Of a stretch of DNA of 64,000 nt, positions 48,635-62,303 are shown piece by piece. Below the pieces are notes generated by a model. The model worked only from the letters and a program-made list of their open reading frames with translations, was not told where the DNA came from and did not search any database. The position numbers were made by a program, and so were the translations under genes. The number at the start of each line of letters is the position of its first letter. The first letter of the stretch is position 1. The stretch is from Bispira polyomma (taxonomy: Eukaryota): NCBI GenBank assembly GCA_965649765.1, contig OZ287748.1, positions 94,736,001 through 94,800,000 on the forward strand. The letters are read 5' to 3'.

Positions 48635-51439
48635 ATTATCTGAACAAAACTTATAGTATCCGAATATTCTATTTTACATACACATACCCAATCTTTGAAA
48701 GTTATCTTTTTCTATTGTTTTGTACTACAATGCCTGTTCTGTTTTGATGAATTGTCTATTAACTGAACAAAACCTGTGGTATTCCCAACCTCTTCAGATA
48801 TCAGGTTCTCCTGTATGTCCAATGCAGGCTATATTAAAAAGAAGAAAGTACCACAAACCTATTAATAAAGAAGTTAGAATTTAGTTTGTGTTTTACGCCG
48901 CTTTCAACAGGAAAAAGGTTAAATATGGGAAATTATATTCACCATATCACTTTTAATTGGAACTATTACTAGAATATTAGAAATAAAATTTAGATTTTTA
49001 ATACTGGCAATGTAATTATCCCTTACACTAACTATATAATGCACTAAAATAAACCTTGAGCAATCAATTGTTGATGTTTTTACAATCTGTAACTTGCTAA
49101 CTGAGGTTTCTTGCAAAAGAAGCTTTAGTCCTTGCAACTGTATGAAGTCCCAGGAAGTAGAACAGGACTTGAAATTTATGCTGAGGATTTCATTTTTTGC
49201 TATTGTAAGGAAACAGGTTTGAATAGTAAGAACTATATTGATGGTTTAAACTTTACTTTGAACTCTTCCAGTAAAAAATATTGTCTATATACACGAGTGA
49301 TATGGACAAGAAACTATGAAAACTGAAACTTTACACAAATATTGCACTAAATACCAGTGACCTTTTATGAAAAGGTCACTGGTGCAGAAACACAAAACTA
49401 GTGGGTGGTGTTGTATTGGTGTCAATTAACCATTACTTAGGTTAATGGCATCGATAAAGAAACACAAATGTTACACAATTACTGTAATTCATCTAAATAA
49501 ATGGCTGTCTGTTACAGGAAGTAATTGTCTTGGCATTACCTCATTCAGGGGAATAATGGATGACAAGCCATGATATACGGCAATTTTTACCACGATCGCA
49601 GGAGTAGTAACACAAGGCGAAGAGAGTGGTAAAATTAGTCTATGTTTATACAGAGGATTTTACCATAATGTTCAGCCAATCAAAATCGCTGACACAAACG
49701 TCATTTTAGAATTACTTTTCACTATTAACTAATTTTAGTTAAAAGATTAGTACAAATTTCAACAAAGAGTTCTGAGGTGCTGCTGATGTAGACGAAGTTG
49801 AAATGTACTGTCACAGATCCATACGAAGGCGTTTGTGGTGCTTTTTTGGTGGCCATCTGTGTAAATGAGACATGGATATCAGTTTTCGGAGTGGTTTTAA
49901 TTGTGGCATTTGGTTTTCTACGGACAAACTTATTTCCATTGTGACCCTTCCATGCCACCATAAAGCCTAGGCAAATGCAAAGCTATTAATCCCACAGTAA
50001 AAAACTACAAAACTTTTACATTAAAAAAAAAGCAAGCAAAAATGGCAAAGTGAGTGATGGCTGTCCCGAATTTGATCCAGTGACCGGTTATTTTTTCACC
50101 CCTGTCCTCTACTAAGTTGGAGTTATCTCACTACCCAATTACAATAAAATATCACTCCTTGTACCTCTAACAGCCAGGGCAAATTAGTCAAACCCTTCAA
50201 TGGATAATGTGTTTTGTCCTTTTTTTCTGTAACACAGCAATATACACAAAATGCCAGTTCTCTCAGACGACCAAAGTGTTTTTAACACCATATACCGGCT
50301 GAAAACAATTGGATTTTTAATTGAAGGTTAGGGTATCCTACTGGGGTGCTGTTGTTGATATTTTGAGTATGGGATATTGTGTGTGTGTGTGTCGCTGTGT
50401 ATTTTTATCAGGCAAAGCCTGATATTGTTTTCATTATGAAATGGACGCCGCAATTGAAAAGGGCGCCACAATCTTAAAAATAACATGAAGACCTTTACTA
50501 CTTGAAAGCAATTGACCATGCCAAACCAAGGGTGTGTTAGATTTATTGTTATCATGCCCAGCCTGTCTGAGTAAATATAGTGGCCATATCAACGTATTTC
50601 ACACTGTGTGTCTGTGTCTTTTTAATTACACAACTCTTGTTACGGTATGTATCAAAATCAATACCAATTATGTTGGATATTTTTATATGCTTTGAATCAA
50701 AATATGATGTTAAAATATATGCAAAGGGGGTTCTGAAAACAACACAACAAAGAAAATATACGATATAAGATATGTTGAAATATAACATTGAACCTAATTT
50801 TTGACGAGTAAAAACATATTTTGATTTAAATTGTATGATTCATTTGTTTAGTAAATATTAACTGAAAGGTACTCGAACAAGCATTAAAAACTAATGAATT
50901 GATTGAAGAAAATGTAATAAAATGCTTTTAAATGCCATAAGTCAATATCCTTGAACTTTGAACTATTCTTAACCTCAGAATATGCCTCACAGCTATATAA
51001 ATATAATGTGGATTTTCACCTTCGTCGGAGACTGCAAACCAAAGTTTGTGTGTTATATTAAAAGCTTCCCTAAATTTATTGATGAACACTTCCATGAGCA
51101 AATGTTGATTGGAATCAAAATGGCAGAAAATAAGATTCAAGAGAAATTGGAATTTCACCGAGCCTAAATCAAATCAGCCGCAAGAGGGGGCATTTTTTTG
51201 CAGTGCAAGTAGTGTTTGCATTTAACAACTTGTTTTATTGCATTATGAAGTATTTTGTTATGGAGAAGATTTGATTTGTTATTGATTGACTGCCTAGTCC
51301 CACTTTTTGCCACTGATGGTAGGAGCTGAATGAAGGTTAACACAATACTTCATACCCATCAAGACAGACTTGCATACTGTCTGGTTCTGATGGGCCCATT
51401 TGTATATTTTTGTCCAAGTAACTTTCTTTAAGGTCTGGT

Positions 51440-52150
51440 GAAATTAAGTTGCTATCATCAGTATATTGGAGGATATATATATATATATTCAACATAAACA
51501 TATAGTGACTGAAAGTCTTTCAATTTTTATCAAAATGATTTTTACTATTACTATATCAGTGAAGACTGTAATTAGGTGCTACCATCAGTATATTGGAGAA
51601 TATACATATATTCAATACATACATGTAGAAGACATGTAGAAAAACCTTCACATTCAATGCAATTGTTTTAAGAGACCATTTGGATTTTGTTCTCCCAACT
51701 TGGGGCTGGGTGGGATGTGTGATGAAACTCTATAAAATTAAGGTGTTATCATCAGTATATTGGAGGATACATATGTATATACATATGCAACATTTACAGA
51801 CTTTAAAAGGGGCTGCGGTGGCCTGGTGGTTAGCTAGCATTGCGCTTCACAATCATTGGTCTCTCACCTCTGGGTGGCGTGAGTTCGACTCCCATCGATG
51901 CCAATGTGGGACAGGTGGTAGTTCCTTACTGTGGGCCGCTGGTTTCAGTGCAGAACCTTGATCAACTGTATGCCGTGTTTCCTCCACCGTTTGCAACTAC
52001 CCGTCCCAATATAACCTAAACAGGTACTAGAGTGGACATTAAATATCCCAATTCAAATTCTGTTTTTATCAATTGATTTTTACTAAGCCTATATCGGTGA
52101 AGACTATGTAATTAAGTTGCTGTCATCAATACATTGGAGAATCCAACATA
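51440..52150. repeat. ~130-165 bp tandem array interrupted by a SINE
   Basis: AATTAAG.TG.TATCATCAGTATATTGGAG recurs at ~51442, 51570, 51737 and 52110. Confidence 0.7.
51809..52060 (+). mobile_element. tRNA-derived SINE family 1
   Basis: GGGGCTGCGGTGGCCTGGTGG...GAGTTCGACTCCC...(AAATTC)n. Confidence 0.92.
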
Positions 52151-52957
52151 CACATGCAAAGCATATAATGTCTTTCCTCCTAATGCACTTGTTTTTTTTT
52201 TGTATTGTTTTCTATATTTTTAACACTTTTTAATGATGTGAGGCATATTCTAGTTGAACCGAGGACCTTCACTTCACCAGACCAACTCTGTAATCAAGAG
52301 GCCATGTGAGACTAATTACATGCAATAATTATTACTCTTTCTTTATAGGATTTAAAAAGACCATAAAATGAAGACTTTAACTTGCCCATCCTTGTTAACA
52401 CACTGATTTCTGAACTATATCTGGCAGGAATTTGAGCTCTTTGTTTGTAAGGTACAGACATAATAGTTATTTTCATGAAGCGTCCTGTTATTAAGCCGCT
52501 TTAAACTGACACACTTGTTATAAACAATAAATCTTGGATCCTCTATATTCTGTTTTCTTCCCCCCTTTTCATAATGCACATATACTTTGCTGATTTTATG
52601 GTCTATTCACATTGCAGCATCACATTATCACCCTCAATAACAGTAAATAATTGATCACTTCCCCACCGATATAAACACACACTCACACACACATTGCTGT
52701 ACTTGTGGGATGAGATAATCGAAATAGCATGCAAGGTGCCTTGAGGAAGGATAACTTTAGCCTGGCCTAAAAGCTCATGTATGTCAGTTCTGTAATGTTT
52801 TTATCAGGTGCAGCCTTATATTGATTGTAGGTGAAGCCCTGTTTGAAATAATATGTAACACCTTCATGGATTGGTTGGAAGCAGTTTACCTGGTCAAACT
52901 GAGGGGTGTCAGATTTATATTATCAGGCGATTATCAGACACAGCCTGATATTGTAGT

Positions 52958-53214
52958 TTGAATTTGAATTTGGATATTTAACGTCCACTCTAGTACCTTT
53001 TAGTAGGTTATATTGGGACGGGTAGTGGGAAACACTGGAAGAAAACACTGCATACAGTCGGTCAAGGTTCTGCACTGAAACCAGCGGCCCACAGTAAGGA
53101 ACTACCACCTTTCCCACATAGGCATCGACGGGATTCGAACTCACGCCGCCCAGAGGTGAGAGACCAGTGATTGTGAAGCACAATGCTTGCTAACCACTAG
53201 GTGACCACGGCCCC
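52958..53214 (-). mobile_element. tRNA-derived SINE family 1
   Basis: Full copy; 15-bp TSD GCCTGATATTGTAGT at 52943-52957 and 53215-53229. Confidence 0.95.
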
Positions 53215-53327
53215 GCCTGATATTGTAGTCAGGTTACAAATAATATATAAGACCTTCATGGTTAGCAATTGAACTGGCCAGACTAAGAGGGTATCGGCCA
53301 CACTGTGCGCCTATGTCTTTTTTAAAA

Positions 53328-53617
53328 GTGCCACAATCGATTACCAGGCATCCTATGTGTCGCACATCGAAGTCAGTATGCAACAGAATAGTCCACTAGG
53401 AGAAAGAGCTCATGATCAGAGTTCAGTCAAAACCAGTAGACAAATGTTAAGACAGTAAGGCCATTTGATACAGATGTAGTTTGAGGGTTTTTTCTGAAGC
53501 CTGTCTGGCAGGAAGACTATTCCACTCAGAAGGTGCTGCAACTTTAAATGATTTGTCAGATAATATAGATGATAAGTAGACTGACTGCTTCATATTAACA
53601 GTCTTAAAAAATGAGGA
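53328..53617 (-). mobile_element. Old degenerate copy of the L2/CR1-group LINE 3' end
   Basis: GCCACAATCGAT.ACCAGGCATCC 3' UTR and SFKVAAPSEWNSLP match the other two copies. Confidence 0.75.
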
Positions 53618-53625
53618 AGTTCGCT

Positions 53626-53768
53626 CATTGGTGGAAGAACAAGGTATTTGGTCAAGGTTTTCTGCTCTACAAATCACTTTCCCATAGACAGGCCAGGGCC
53701 GAGATTCGAACCCACAATGAGTGAGGTTATGACTATCACTTTGTTACCACTACACCACTGAGGCACCA
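53626..53768 (-). mobile_element. tRNA-derived SINE family 2 remnant
   Basis: Minus-strand TGGTGTAGTGG (box A) and GGTTCGAATC (box B). Confidence 0.55.
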
Positions 53769-55403
53769 CCATTTTACTTAGAAAGTCTCAGCTTGATGTT
53801 GTTTTCATTCTAAAAAGGGTACTGCCATTGAAAAGAGTGCCACCATCTTAAAAATAAGGTGCAAGGCCTTAATGGATTGGTTGGAAGCAAATCAGCCATC
53901 AAAACGAATGGGTGGCAGATTTTGTCTGAGTATATAGTGGCCATATCAACTTCAGTGTATTTCAAACTGTGTACTTTTAAAAACGACAACTCTTGTTGCA
54001 ACTAATTTGAAATAAGATTACATTTAATTTTAGTATTAGGTGTTCATATAACTACCAGCTTCTTCTTTGTCTTAGTTTTTATACTTCTGGCTAGGAAAAG
54101 GATGTACTACTGTTAACAGAGTACATCTGCTAAATTAATTGTACAGAAAGAGAATTGTATATTTTAAATTTGTGCCTAAAGCAAGGCTAGTCTAGTTTGC
54201 TGCCAATTTCCCCCTTTTTCTTTCCAGCCTCTCACACACATACACACACCCACATACATACCAAAATTGCCGGTGTTAATGCCAGGCGGTGCAAAACAGT
54301 GAAGGATACACAGAGATGGGGTTGAGGGGTTTTTCCTTTTAAGTTTAAATGGACTCTGCATTTGGTACAAGACTGTGGGTAAATCATTGGTATGTGCTCA
54401 GTAGATTATGTGTTGTTTAAAAGACACAATGTACATAAATAGAAATAAGCATTATATATCCAAAATTGGGGTGATATATAAAAATACTTATAGATAAGAG
54501 AGTAGTTTGCAAATTGCAACAACTGTGGAACTGGCTTTTTAACTTTGTCCAGTAATAAGTTTCCAGTAGAGAAGTGGTCATATATACACTTATATGTATG
54601 TGTAAAAATAGAAGTCAACAGTGAGTGATAATAATAAGGTAATAATAAACATGTAATACATCGCAACAATGATTGATGTATACTAAAAAACATACAGGGC
54701 GGGAAGAAGTTGAAATGTCGTCTGCTGACTGTTTACTAGATGCCAAAAAAAACAAAACGGGATGAGCAATGGATATCAATGGCATTTAAAAAGATTTTGC
54801 AGATTATCTTCCAGTTTTGTTGTGGACTAAGACCTCAAACAAAAAAAAAATGAAAACTATAGTCTCTGTATGTTGTAAACATGTGGGTTACAAGAAAAAT
54901 TCACTGAAATATGGCAGAGTAGTTTGAAAATGAAGTCTCATTATTTAGAAACCTGTTGCTAGTTGCTGGATATCGAAGAAAAATATCATCAGTGACGTCA
55001 CAGAGCTGTTGTGAAAGTACCAAAAGAGACCAAAAGCAATTAATTGGTGATTATGCTGGATCTCCAACAGAGAAACAAGTTAGGGGGCAGGAAGAGAGAA
55101 TGACTCGCCGGTCTTGAATAAAAGACTTAAGGCAAATTTGGTTCTTCTGCTTTTTCAGGCAAGAGGAATAATTGGAGAGATTCCTCTTTGGGTTTCCATA
55201 AACCATAAAGGCAATGATTTTGATTGAGCGAAGTTGTGATTTACACATCCATGTTTTCTTGTATTATTTGAAACTACAATATGTACATGTAAAAATGTAA
55301 AATAAGCAAAAAAAGTGCCCATAATCTTCAGAGCTAAGACAGAGAAGTGATTGCTGTTTATGAAAGAGTATTTGTGTGTTAGTATTTCATATAGACCCCA
55401 TAA

Positions 55404-56289
55404 ATGCATACACCAAATGACAGCGGTGGCTTTGTGATTGAAAATAATAGCGGGATGAAAGAAGAGAATGTCATCGACTCAAGGAATGCTTGTCTGACCA
55501 AAATCATGCAGTGTCAGCTGACTCGCCAAGACAGCCAGGCTTTATCTGGATCCCACAGGAGCTGCAGCAGTCCCAATCTAAACTCTTGTCGGGCACACTC
55601 CACTCAATCAAAGGGGGATCTGCTCATATTTCAAAATGAGGCTGTCTTTGGGATACCCGATACTATTCATTGTGAGTTAAGGGTGGGCGATGAGGCGGAA
55701 AATGGAGGTTTGAGTGGTGTGACCAGAGAGGGCAGTTACAAAGTCAGAAGACCACGTGACATGGCCCTAAGGGACACTACCTCCCCCCACCCTTCTCCAC
55801 CTCAATGCTATATGGAATCTGAAGGGTTTACTGGCAATAAAAACAGTAACAGTAGTGCTGTGGGGCTTGGGATGGGTGTTATACAAACAGATGGACTAGG
55901 ATCCATTGATGGCGATTTAACGGATGGTCTTACTGGGGCTGGCCCGGGATCTCAGCCCAGCAATACAACAGGAGTGACACACGATGGAAGCGACCATCGG
56001 TCTTCTGGATCCAGACCGGATCTACTGGATATTGAATCCAGACTGTCGTCTCAGAGGAGGAGAGGCAGAAACCCAGATCAAGTCGAGGCCAAAGGCTCTT
56101 TACATAAGCAGTCAGAGCTGGATTTTAAGAGGACAGATTTTGGGGATTACTATCCAGATGGCGGCTGGGGCTGGGTGATATGTGCCGGGGCGTCGGTAGT
56201 AAACTCTGTACTGTATGGGATACATCTCTCAGGAGGAAGCTTGCAGATGGCCATGGAAAGGCAGTTCCCCAAGGATAACCATTACAGAG
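55404..56289 (+). CDS. First coding exon of an SLC16/monocarboxylate transporter-like MFS protein
   Basis: YPDGGWGWVICAGASVVNSVLYG is the SLC16 TM1 signature; exon ends G|GTAAAA; later exons were not found in the window. Confidence 0.85.
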
Positions 56290-56445
56290 GTAAAATTGTA
56301 TTGTAGTAAAATTGAGAATCAGTGCAGTTATCCACCTTAATCTGGTATTCAAATAGCTAACTAACATCTCCTTGATTGCCAAGGTACAACCAACTAGCAC
56401 CAGTAACTGGTATTCCCTAACTTAAAGAGATGCTTGAGGATGATC

Positions 56446-56708
56446 TTTTTTTTTTTTTTTTTAAATTTGGATATTTAACGTCCACTCTAGTACCTCTTTA
56501 GGTTATATTGGGACCGGTAGTTGGAAACGCTGGAGGAAACACTGCATACAGTTGATCAAGGTTCTACACTGAAACCAGCGGCCCACAGTAAGGAACTACC
56601 ACCTTTACCACAAGGCATCGACGGGAATTCGAACTCACACCGCCCAAAGGTGAGAGACTAGTGATTGTGAAGCGCAATGCTTGCTAACCACTAGGCCACC
56701 GCGGCCCC
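56446..56708 (-). mobile_element. tRNA-derived SINE family 1 with poly(A) tail
   Basis: 13-bp TSD CTTGAGGATGATC at 56433-56445 and 56709-56721. Confidence 0.95.
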
Positions 56709-56941
56709 CTTGAGGATGATCAAATATCAACGTCCCCAAGATTTGTTAGCCTATCACTGAGCACTGTCATTCTGAGTAGTCATACAAGTCACTGTGACAG
56801 ATAGGGTATATTTAAAGTATATAGTCACATATTCCATTGTGGGATCAAATGTCGGCCATGGCATGTATGTGGTAAAATGGGCAGTAGGCTTGTTGAAGGC
56901 TGCTAATTTTCATTTCGGAAATCAACCAACTATCCTGTTCT

Positions 56942-57108
56942 GGGCCTGTATTTACAAACAGACTTAGCCAGTCTTAGGCTTAAATTTAGTGTACTTTTGT
57001 GGTGGATTAAGGCCCAGACTTGGCTAAGTCTGTTAGGCTTAAATCTAGTGTTCTTTTGTGGTAGATTTAAGCCCAACACTTGGCTAAGTCTGTCAGGAAA
57101 TACCGCCC
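56942..57108. mobile_element. Short MITE-like element (PIF/Harbinger-like ends)
   Basis: GGGCCTGTATTT..ACAGACTTAGCCA ... TGGCTAAGTCTGT..AAATACCGCCC inverted ends with an internal duplication. Confidence 0.6.
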
Positions 57109-58387
57109 CTGCTTTACCTCTAGCTACAGGTACACATCGCGATGTAAGACACAGTTGTTGAAAGTAAGTTTAAAACCCCAAAAACATAAATGTATCTACA
57201 TGTATATCTAGGGACTGGTGTGATTTGCAGAGTACACTTCACAAATCACTTGTTTCTCACTTCTAAGGGCATTGGTTTAAACCAAAATTGTTCCTTCAAG
57301 TGAGGACGAATGATGATTGTTAGGGTTTTCGGCGTACCTAATAAAGATATGTTCATCGTAAAATACGTACAAAGTTTATGTGATGCGCTGAAAAGCCCAA
57401 TGCGCCGAAAACATGATGCATGACCATACTTACATATATATCTTACTAGGCATTTATCCAGAAATATTTCAAATAAACTTTACTGTAATACTAGTATATA
57501 TGATATGTAGTCTGAATTTTGGGATATTTACCTGCCAGTACATTTTTAACCTGCCTTTATACTCTTTATTATATACACTCTTGGTTTTCATCCATAGTTG
57601 TTCTTTATGAATCTTGGCCACCTTTTGGATGATGAGCAATATTATGGTTATCATGAGTTAGTACAAACACATAGTAAGGTTAAGAAATTAGATTATCTTA
57701 GAAGGTGAATAACAGTGAGGAATCAAATGTTTATTGTTGAAACCTTTATGTACCACTTGTAATACTGTGACTGTCAGTCTTGGCACAATGGTTGTTCAGT
57801 AAAAGTTTCTACTACTGACCCAACAGGTCACAATCTGTTATTTAGCAAGTGGAAATCATGTCATAAGAAAAGTCTAGGAAAATCTGTCAAATCTTCTCCA
57901 TTGGGTTAATGGGGCTAAGTGGCACAATCTGAGGGTTATGATACAAGAAGAAATATTGTCACGCTTGACATTCATGGTCATAAATTGGATATACCTAGTA
58001 ACTTTTAAGTCTGTAATAGATGGTACCAATGTGGTACTATATCTGTTTTTGAGGATTATTAACAAAATTGTTCTATCTCATATCATTGAAAACAATATAT
58101 GTATCTTGGGATTTTCATCAGAAGCCTTCTTATCCTCATCTCATTGTATTGTGGTAACATAATCTATGTTCTAATGAAGTACCATATATCATATGTTACC
58201 TCTGAGATAGTATCCTAACTAGAGCCCAGAGAGTAAGTTTGAATGATTATGTCTTAACCCACACATGTAGCTTGTTGAACAATACAACAGTAAACTACAA
58301 AAGGTTTCTCTTTCAACAGCTTTGGTAATATTTTGATGGACACATTTATTGGTGGAGGAAACCAGTATGTACTGTATGTACTAAGAT

Positions 58388-58670
58388 CGATCAACCTAAG
58401 CGAAAAATGAGCTCAAGATCAGCTCATGATCAAGCTCAGCTCATTTTGAAACAAAACAAACACAGGTTTAAGTTCTTTAAACATATTTTTAATACAAAAT
58501 TAAAATTGATATTTGATATTAATTTGTTGATACTTTAAAAATTTACAAAACTTAGCCTCTCAGCTATAATGTTTAGTGAATACAAAATTTGATCTGATCC
58601 CAGCTGATTTTTGGCTAAACTCATACTTGGCTCAACTTGAGCTGATTTTTCGCTCATCTTTTGTTGATCT
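58388..58670. mobile_element. MITE-like inverted-repeat element
   Basis: GATCAAC...GCGAAAAATGAGCTCAAG versus CTTGAGCTGATTTTTCGC...GTTGATC. Confidence 0.55.
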
Positions 58671-61600
58671 CTTTTGTAAATACGACACCAATTCTATTTG
58701 TATTACAAGTACCTGGCCAATTCCTCTACATGAACAAAGCAGTTAAAAGCTGACCCACTGCTCTCAGGTTGTCTTCAATATGAATGCTTCCCATTGAGAT
58801 TTTTGTTCCATGTTTCTGTTCGTTCTCACAATCTACATCTCACACAAAGGGATGCTTTAAATAAGATTGCTTCCTTGCAGATGTATACCCATTTCCTTGT
58901 AACAAAATTGCCCAGTTAGTTTGACAAGTTGGAGCTCATTATAGCTGACATATTAGAGCTGGAACTAGTTTCCTGTTATTTCTAATTTCCGAAGACTTTA
59001 ACAGCAGTTGATGTGTGGCAAAAGATTGTTGCACTGTTGTAATTTCTACCAGAAAGTTATATACTTGGTTTTTTTCTTCACAATATCTTGTCAAATATGA
59101 CAACTCGTTAAAGAGACAAGTAAAAACCCTAAGAAGAAATCACAAGTTGGATTTATGTAAACCTAAATCTGAGCTACATTCTTGCTTGAAATGAGATTCA
59201 GTGACTTTTCCAACTTAATTGGCAGCTGGTGTCTACACAGAAAAAAACAAGATGTGAAGATCTTCAAAATAGAACCATTGCCTTAGCAGATGCCTTAGCA
59301 GACGAGTTTTAGCAGTATTAATCGAGCTGGTCTGTCATGTTGTGTAACTGTCAAGATTTGCAGCCATAGAAGGCAACATAAGGGAAAAGAAACTTGTTAA
59401 TACATCAAACCATTTTTTCTGTGAATGTTTAGCTTTATGTTTTGTTAGTGAAAAGAATTTTATTAGTTTTAGTATCCAGTATTCAAAACCATTAGGAATG
59501 TAACATATTCAAACAGCATTGGTTGCTTGACCTAACAGGTACTACATAAACCTCTCAGTTAAGGTATGATATCATTTGTCTACATTACTTGCAATTCAGT
59601 CTCTGGTTTAGTTACTTCTGAAAAGCAGGTTATATTTCCACCCATGTCTGTTGGTTGGTTTGTTTGTCGTTAGGCTTGCACAAAATTACATAAAATTTGG
59701 TGAAGGAATAGGGCATGGGCACAGAGAGAAATTCTCGATTCAGGAATTGTATGTATACTTTTTAGCCATGAGACACATTGTCGGAGATATGTTTCTCTAC
59801 TGAGTGGTACGATGCTTTGAAAACACTTTTTCTTATTTTGTTGATCTTGGGTCAGTTTTAAAAAATGACACACCATCCTCAATACAAATCAATAATGTCT
59901 GCATCAAATTTTACCAAAACAATTGTGTCCCATTGAATATACATATCTGTATGATTTTGCACTAAATTACCCCCCTCTCCCCTATCAATTTGATTCCTGT
60001 TTATAGCTGAATAATACAGGAAACTGAGATAAGTTGGTAAACAAACAACATAAAAACACTTTACAGTCCATTGTCAGATGTAGTTATTCTTGTTATAAAA
60101 ATGAAATATTATTGTAAAAAAGTCACGCCATTGCTCTATACAAACTGCATGATACAGAACAAAGAGAGCATTCAATGCTGGATGCTTTCCCTAGCTGGTG
60201 GTACCACTCTGAATTGTGGGTAAAAATGAGAGTGACGTACATCTATCTGGCAGGAAATGTTCCTAATTCTTGAGTAAACACCTAACAGGGCTTTGCATTA
60301 AAGCCTCCCCGCCAGCGTTTTTGCAACAGACGACAATTTGCAGCTCTGAACAATTAAGTGGCCTCAAGTTTTAAGTCTCTTAAAATGTTAATCATGTATT
60401 TTATACATATTATGTGTGTATGGGTTAATGTATACATATGTGAAATATGCATATATGGAACTACAATGGTTGAGATATTGCTAAAAGGTATTTGTAATAA
60501 ACTTTAGTCTAAGGTTATGTTATCATAAGTTTCTGCTCTACATTAATCAAAGATTGACTCTTGTCTCCCGCCAACAATAGACACTTGAGGACGGGGCCAG
60601 TGCAGTAACTTTTCTGGGCTTTTAATAGCCTTTTTTAACAAGTTTGTGTTTGCCGGGAGAATTGGGGTGAAATGTGTTCACTGTAAATTAAGAGGGGATT
60701 TTGGCTTAGTGAATAAGTGGTGGCAATCTTAAAGTCAATTTGGTGTGACGTTGGGTTTTCAAACGAGTGTGCCACTCTTGGTCTGTTTTAAACTATATAA
60801 AAGAACAACAACATATCTGTTGATACGGTAAATCCCTGTAACCAAGCACGCTATCATGACGTCACTTCCTGTTTCTTTATCGTATATACTAAAACGATGA
60901 CAAATGAAATTTAGCTGACTGGAAGGTTTTTGTAACAAGAACAGACGCCCCTAGAACATATTTGCAGGTCAATAGTGGCCTTGTTTTTCCCTCCTCTAAT
61001 AAGCTACATTTTCTAAAAGTGGGCCCCTCTCATTCTGTAGGATTTCCATTCGATTTAGGTTGTGTTGCAAAGTAACACCCCGGGTCACTTGCAATAACAA
61101 TGCCATTAATAGGTATACAGTACAGGGAATAAAAGGTGCCCTGGTTTTGTGTGGGGTGTGAGCTGCATGAGCTGGGATGAACACTGTCTCTCCAATATGG
61201 TTTTAACCGAAATGCCTCCTTATTTGTAACCAGTCTTTTTGATTCAAGATCATTATAAACAGTTATATTTCATCAGTGTGTGTTTATTCTCATGTTTGCT
61301 ATAGATCCATAATGGACATGTTAAGAAGTATTTATTTGATTATTTAAAACTTTGTCAGTGGTCTTGCTAAATGGTATATTTTGATAAACCATTTCCAATG
61401 CATGAGTAAGCTAAGTGGTATGTTTTGATACCTTTAAATCATTAAAAATAGATACACTGAATTGTATTGCAATGCTTTAAAACTAATATATTTTATGCTT
61501 CAAACCATTTACAAATGTGGTAAATATAAATTACAATGTTTTAATTGTAACAATGTACAATTATAAGACAAATAAATGCATATTGGTTGATTTTAGTTTT

Positions 61601-62303
61601 AAGAGTAATTGTTTTAAATATATACATTGTACATATGTGCTTTTACCTTGCATTATAACCATGGAATTAAGGATTGTGATGTCGGTGTAAATCCACAACA
61701 ACCACACATTTGTACTTGGCTTTTATGTAGAGGGTAGGAGATAATAGGGGTTGGGACTCAGTAAAAGAAAATACCTGAATGTACTTTCAATTGACTCCAT
61801 AATTTATGGCCTGGTCTCATTTTGACGTATATATGTGGCTATTCATGGAATTGGACAAATGAACGAGGCACATGCTGAAAGTGACCGATCTCTCTGTAGA
61901 TTTCACATTTTTACCTTCTGAGACGAATGCATCATAGAGACGTCATTAACATGAAGCAAATGCTCATTTATGGAGACCACTATTCCGCCACAAATATGGT
62001 ACAAATACATATTAATGGTAATGATGTATATACAAAACCTAGCCTGATTTTAGTCTCTATGCAAATTTAGTTTTGCATTTTTAACCAAGCATTAATAGTT
62101 GGAGTTTCAAAGAAATAAAAGTGTCAAGCAGTGCATATTTTTTGGCTGTCAATGAATGTTTTATTATCACCTAGAAAGGTCTAATGAATAGAAAAGTCTC
62201 ATACAAATATATATGATAATAAAACCACAATCTGTAGTCTTAGTCTTGGGCTGATCAATACCATTACTAAAAACACTATGAACAGTTGGTTAAACGTTTA
62301 TGT

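Larger units (their letters stand above)
50400..54010. repeat. Local cluster of related degenerate ~130-250 bp units
   Basis: TTTTTATCAGG...GCCTGATATTG, GACCTT...TGGAAGCA and GAGT.AATATAGTGGCCATATCAAC recur at ~50400-50640, 52800-52925, 52930-53300 and 53820-54000. Confidence 0.55.

Noticed and set aside
49570-50100. Possible Crypton-like or other DNA-transposon remnant
   Set aside because: Only vague motif resemblance; no boundaries or catalytic motifs could be defined.
57324-57412. Small inverted repeat GTTTTCGGCG...CGCCGAAAAC
   Set aside because: Too short and single-copy here to call an element.
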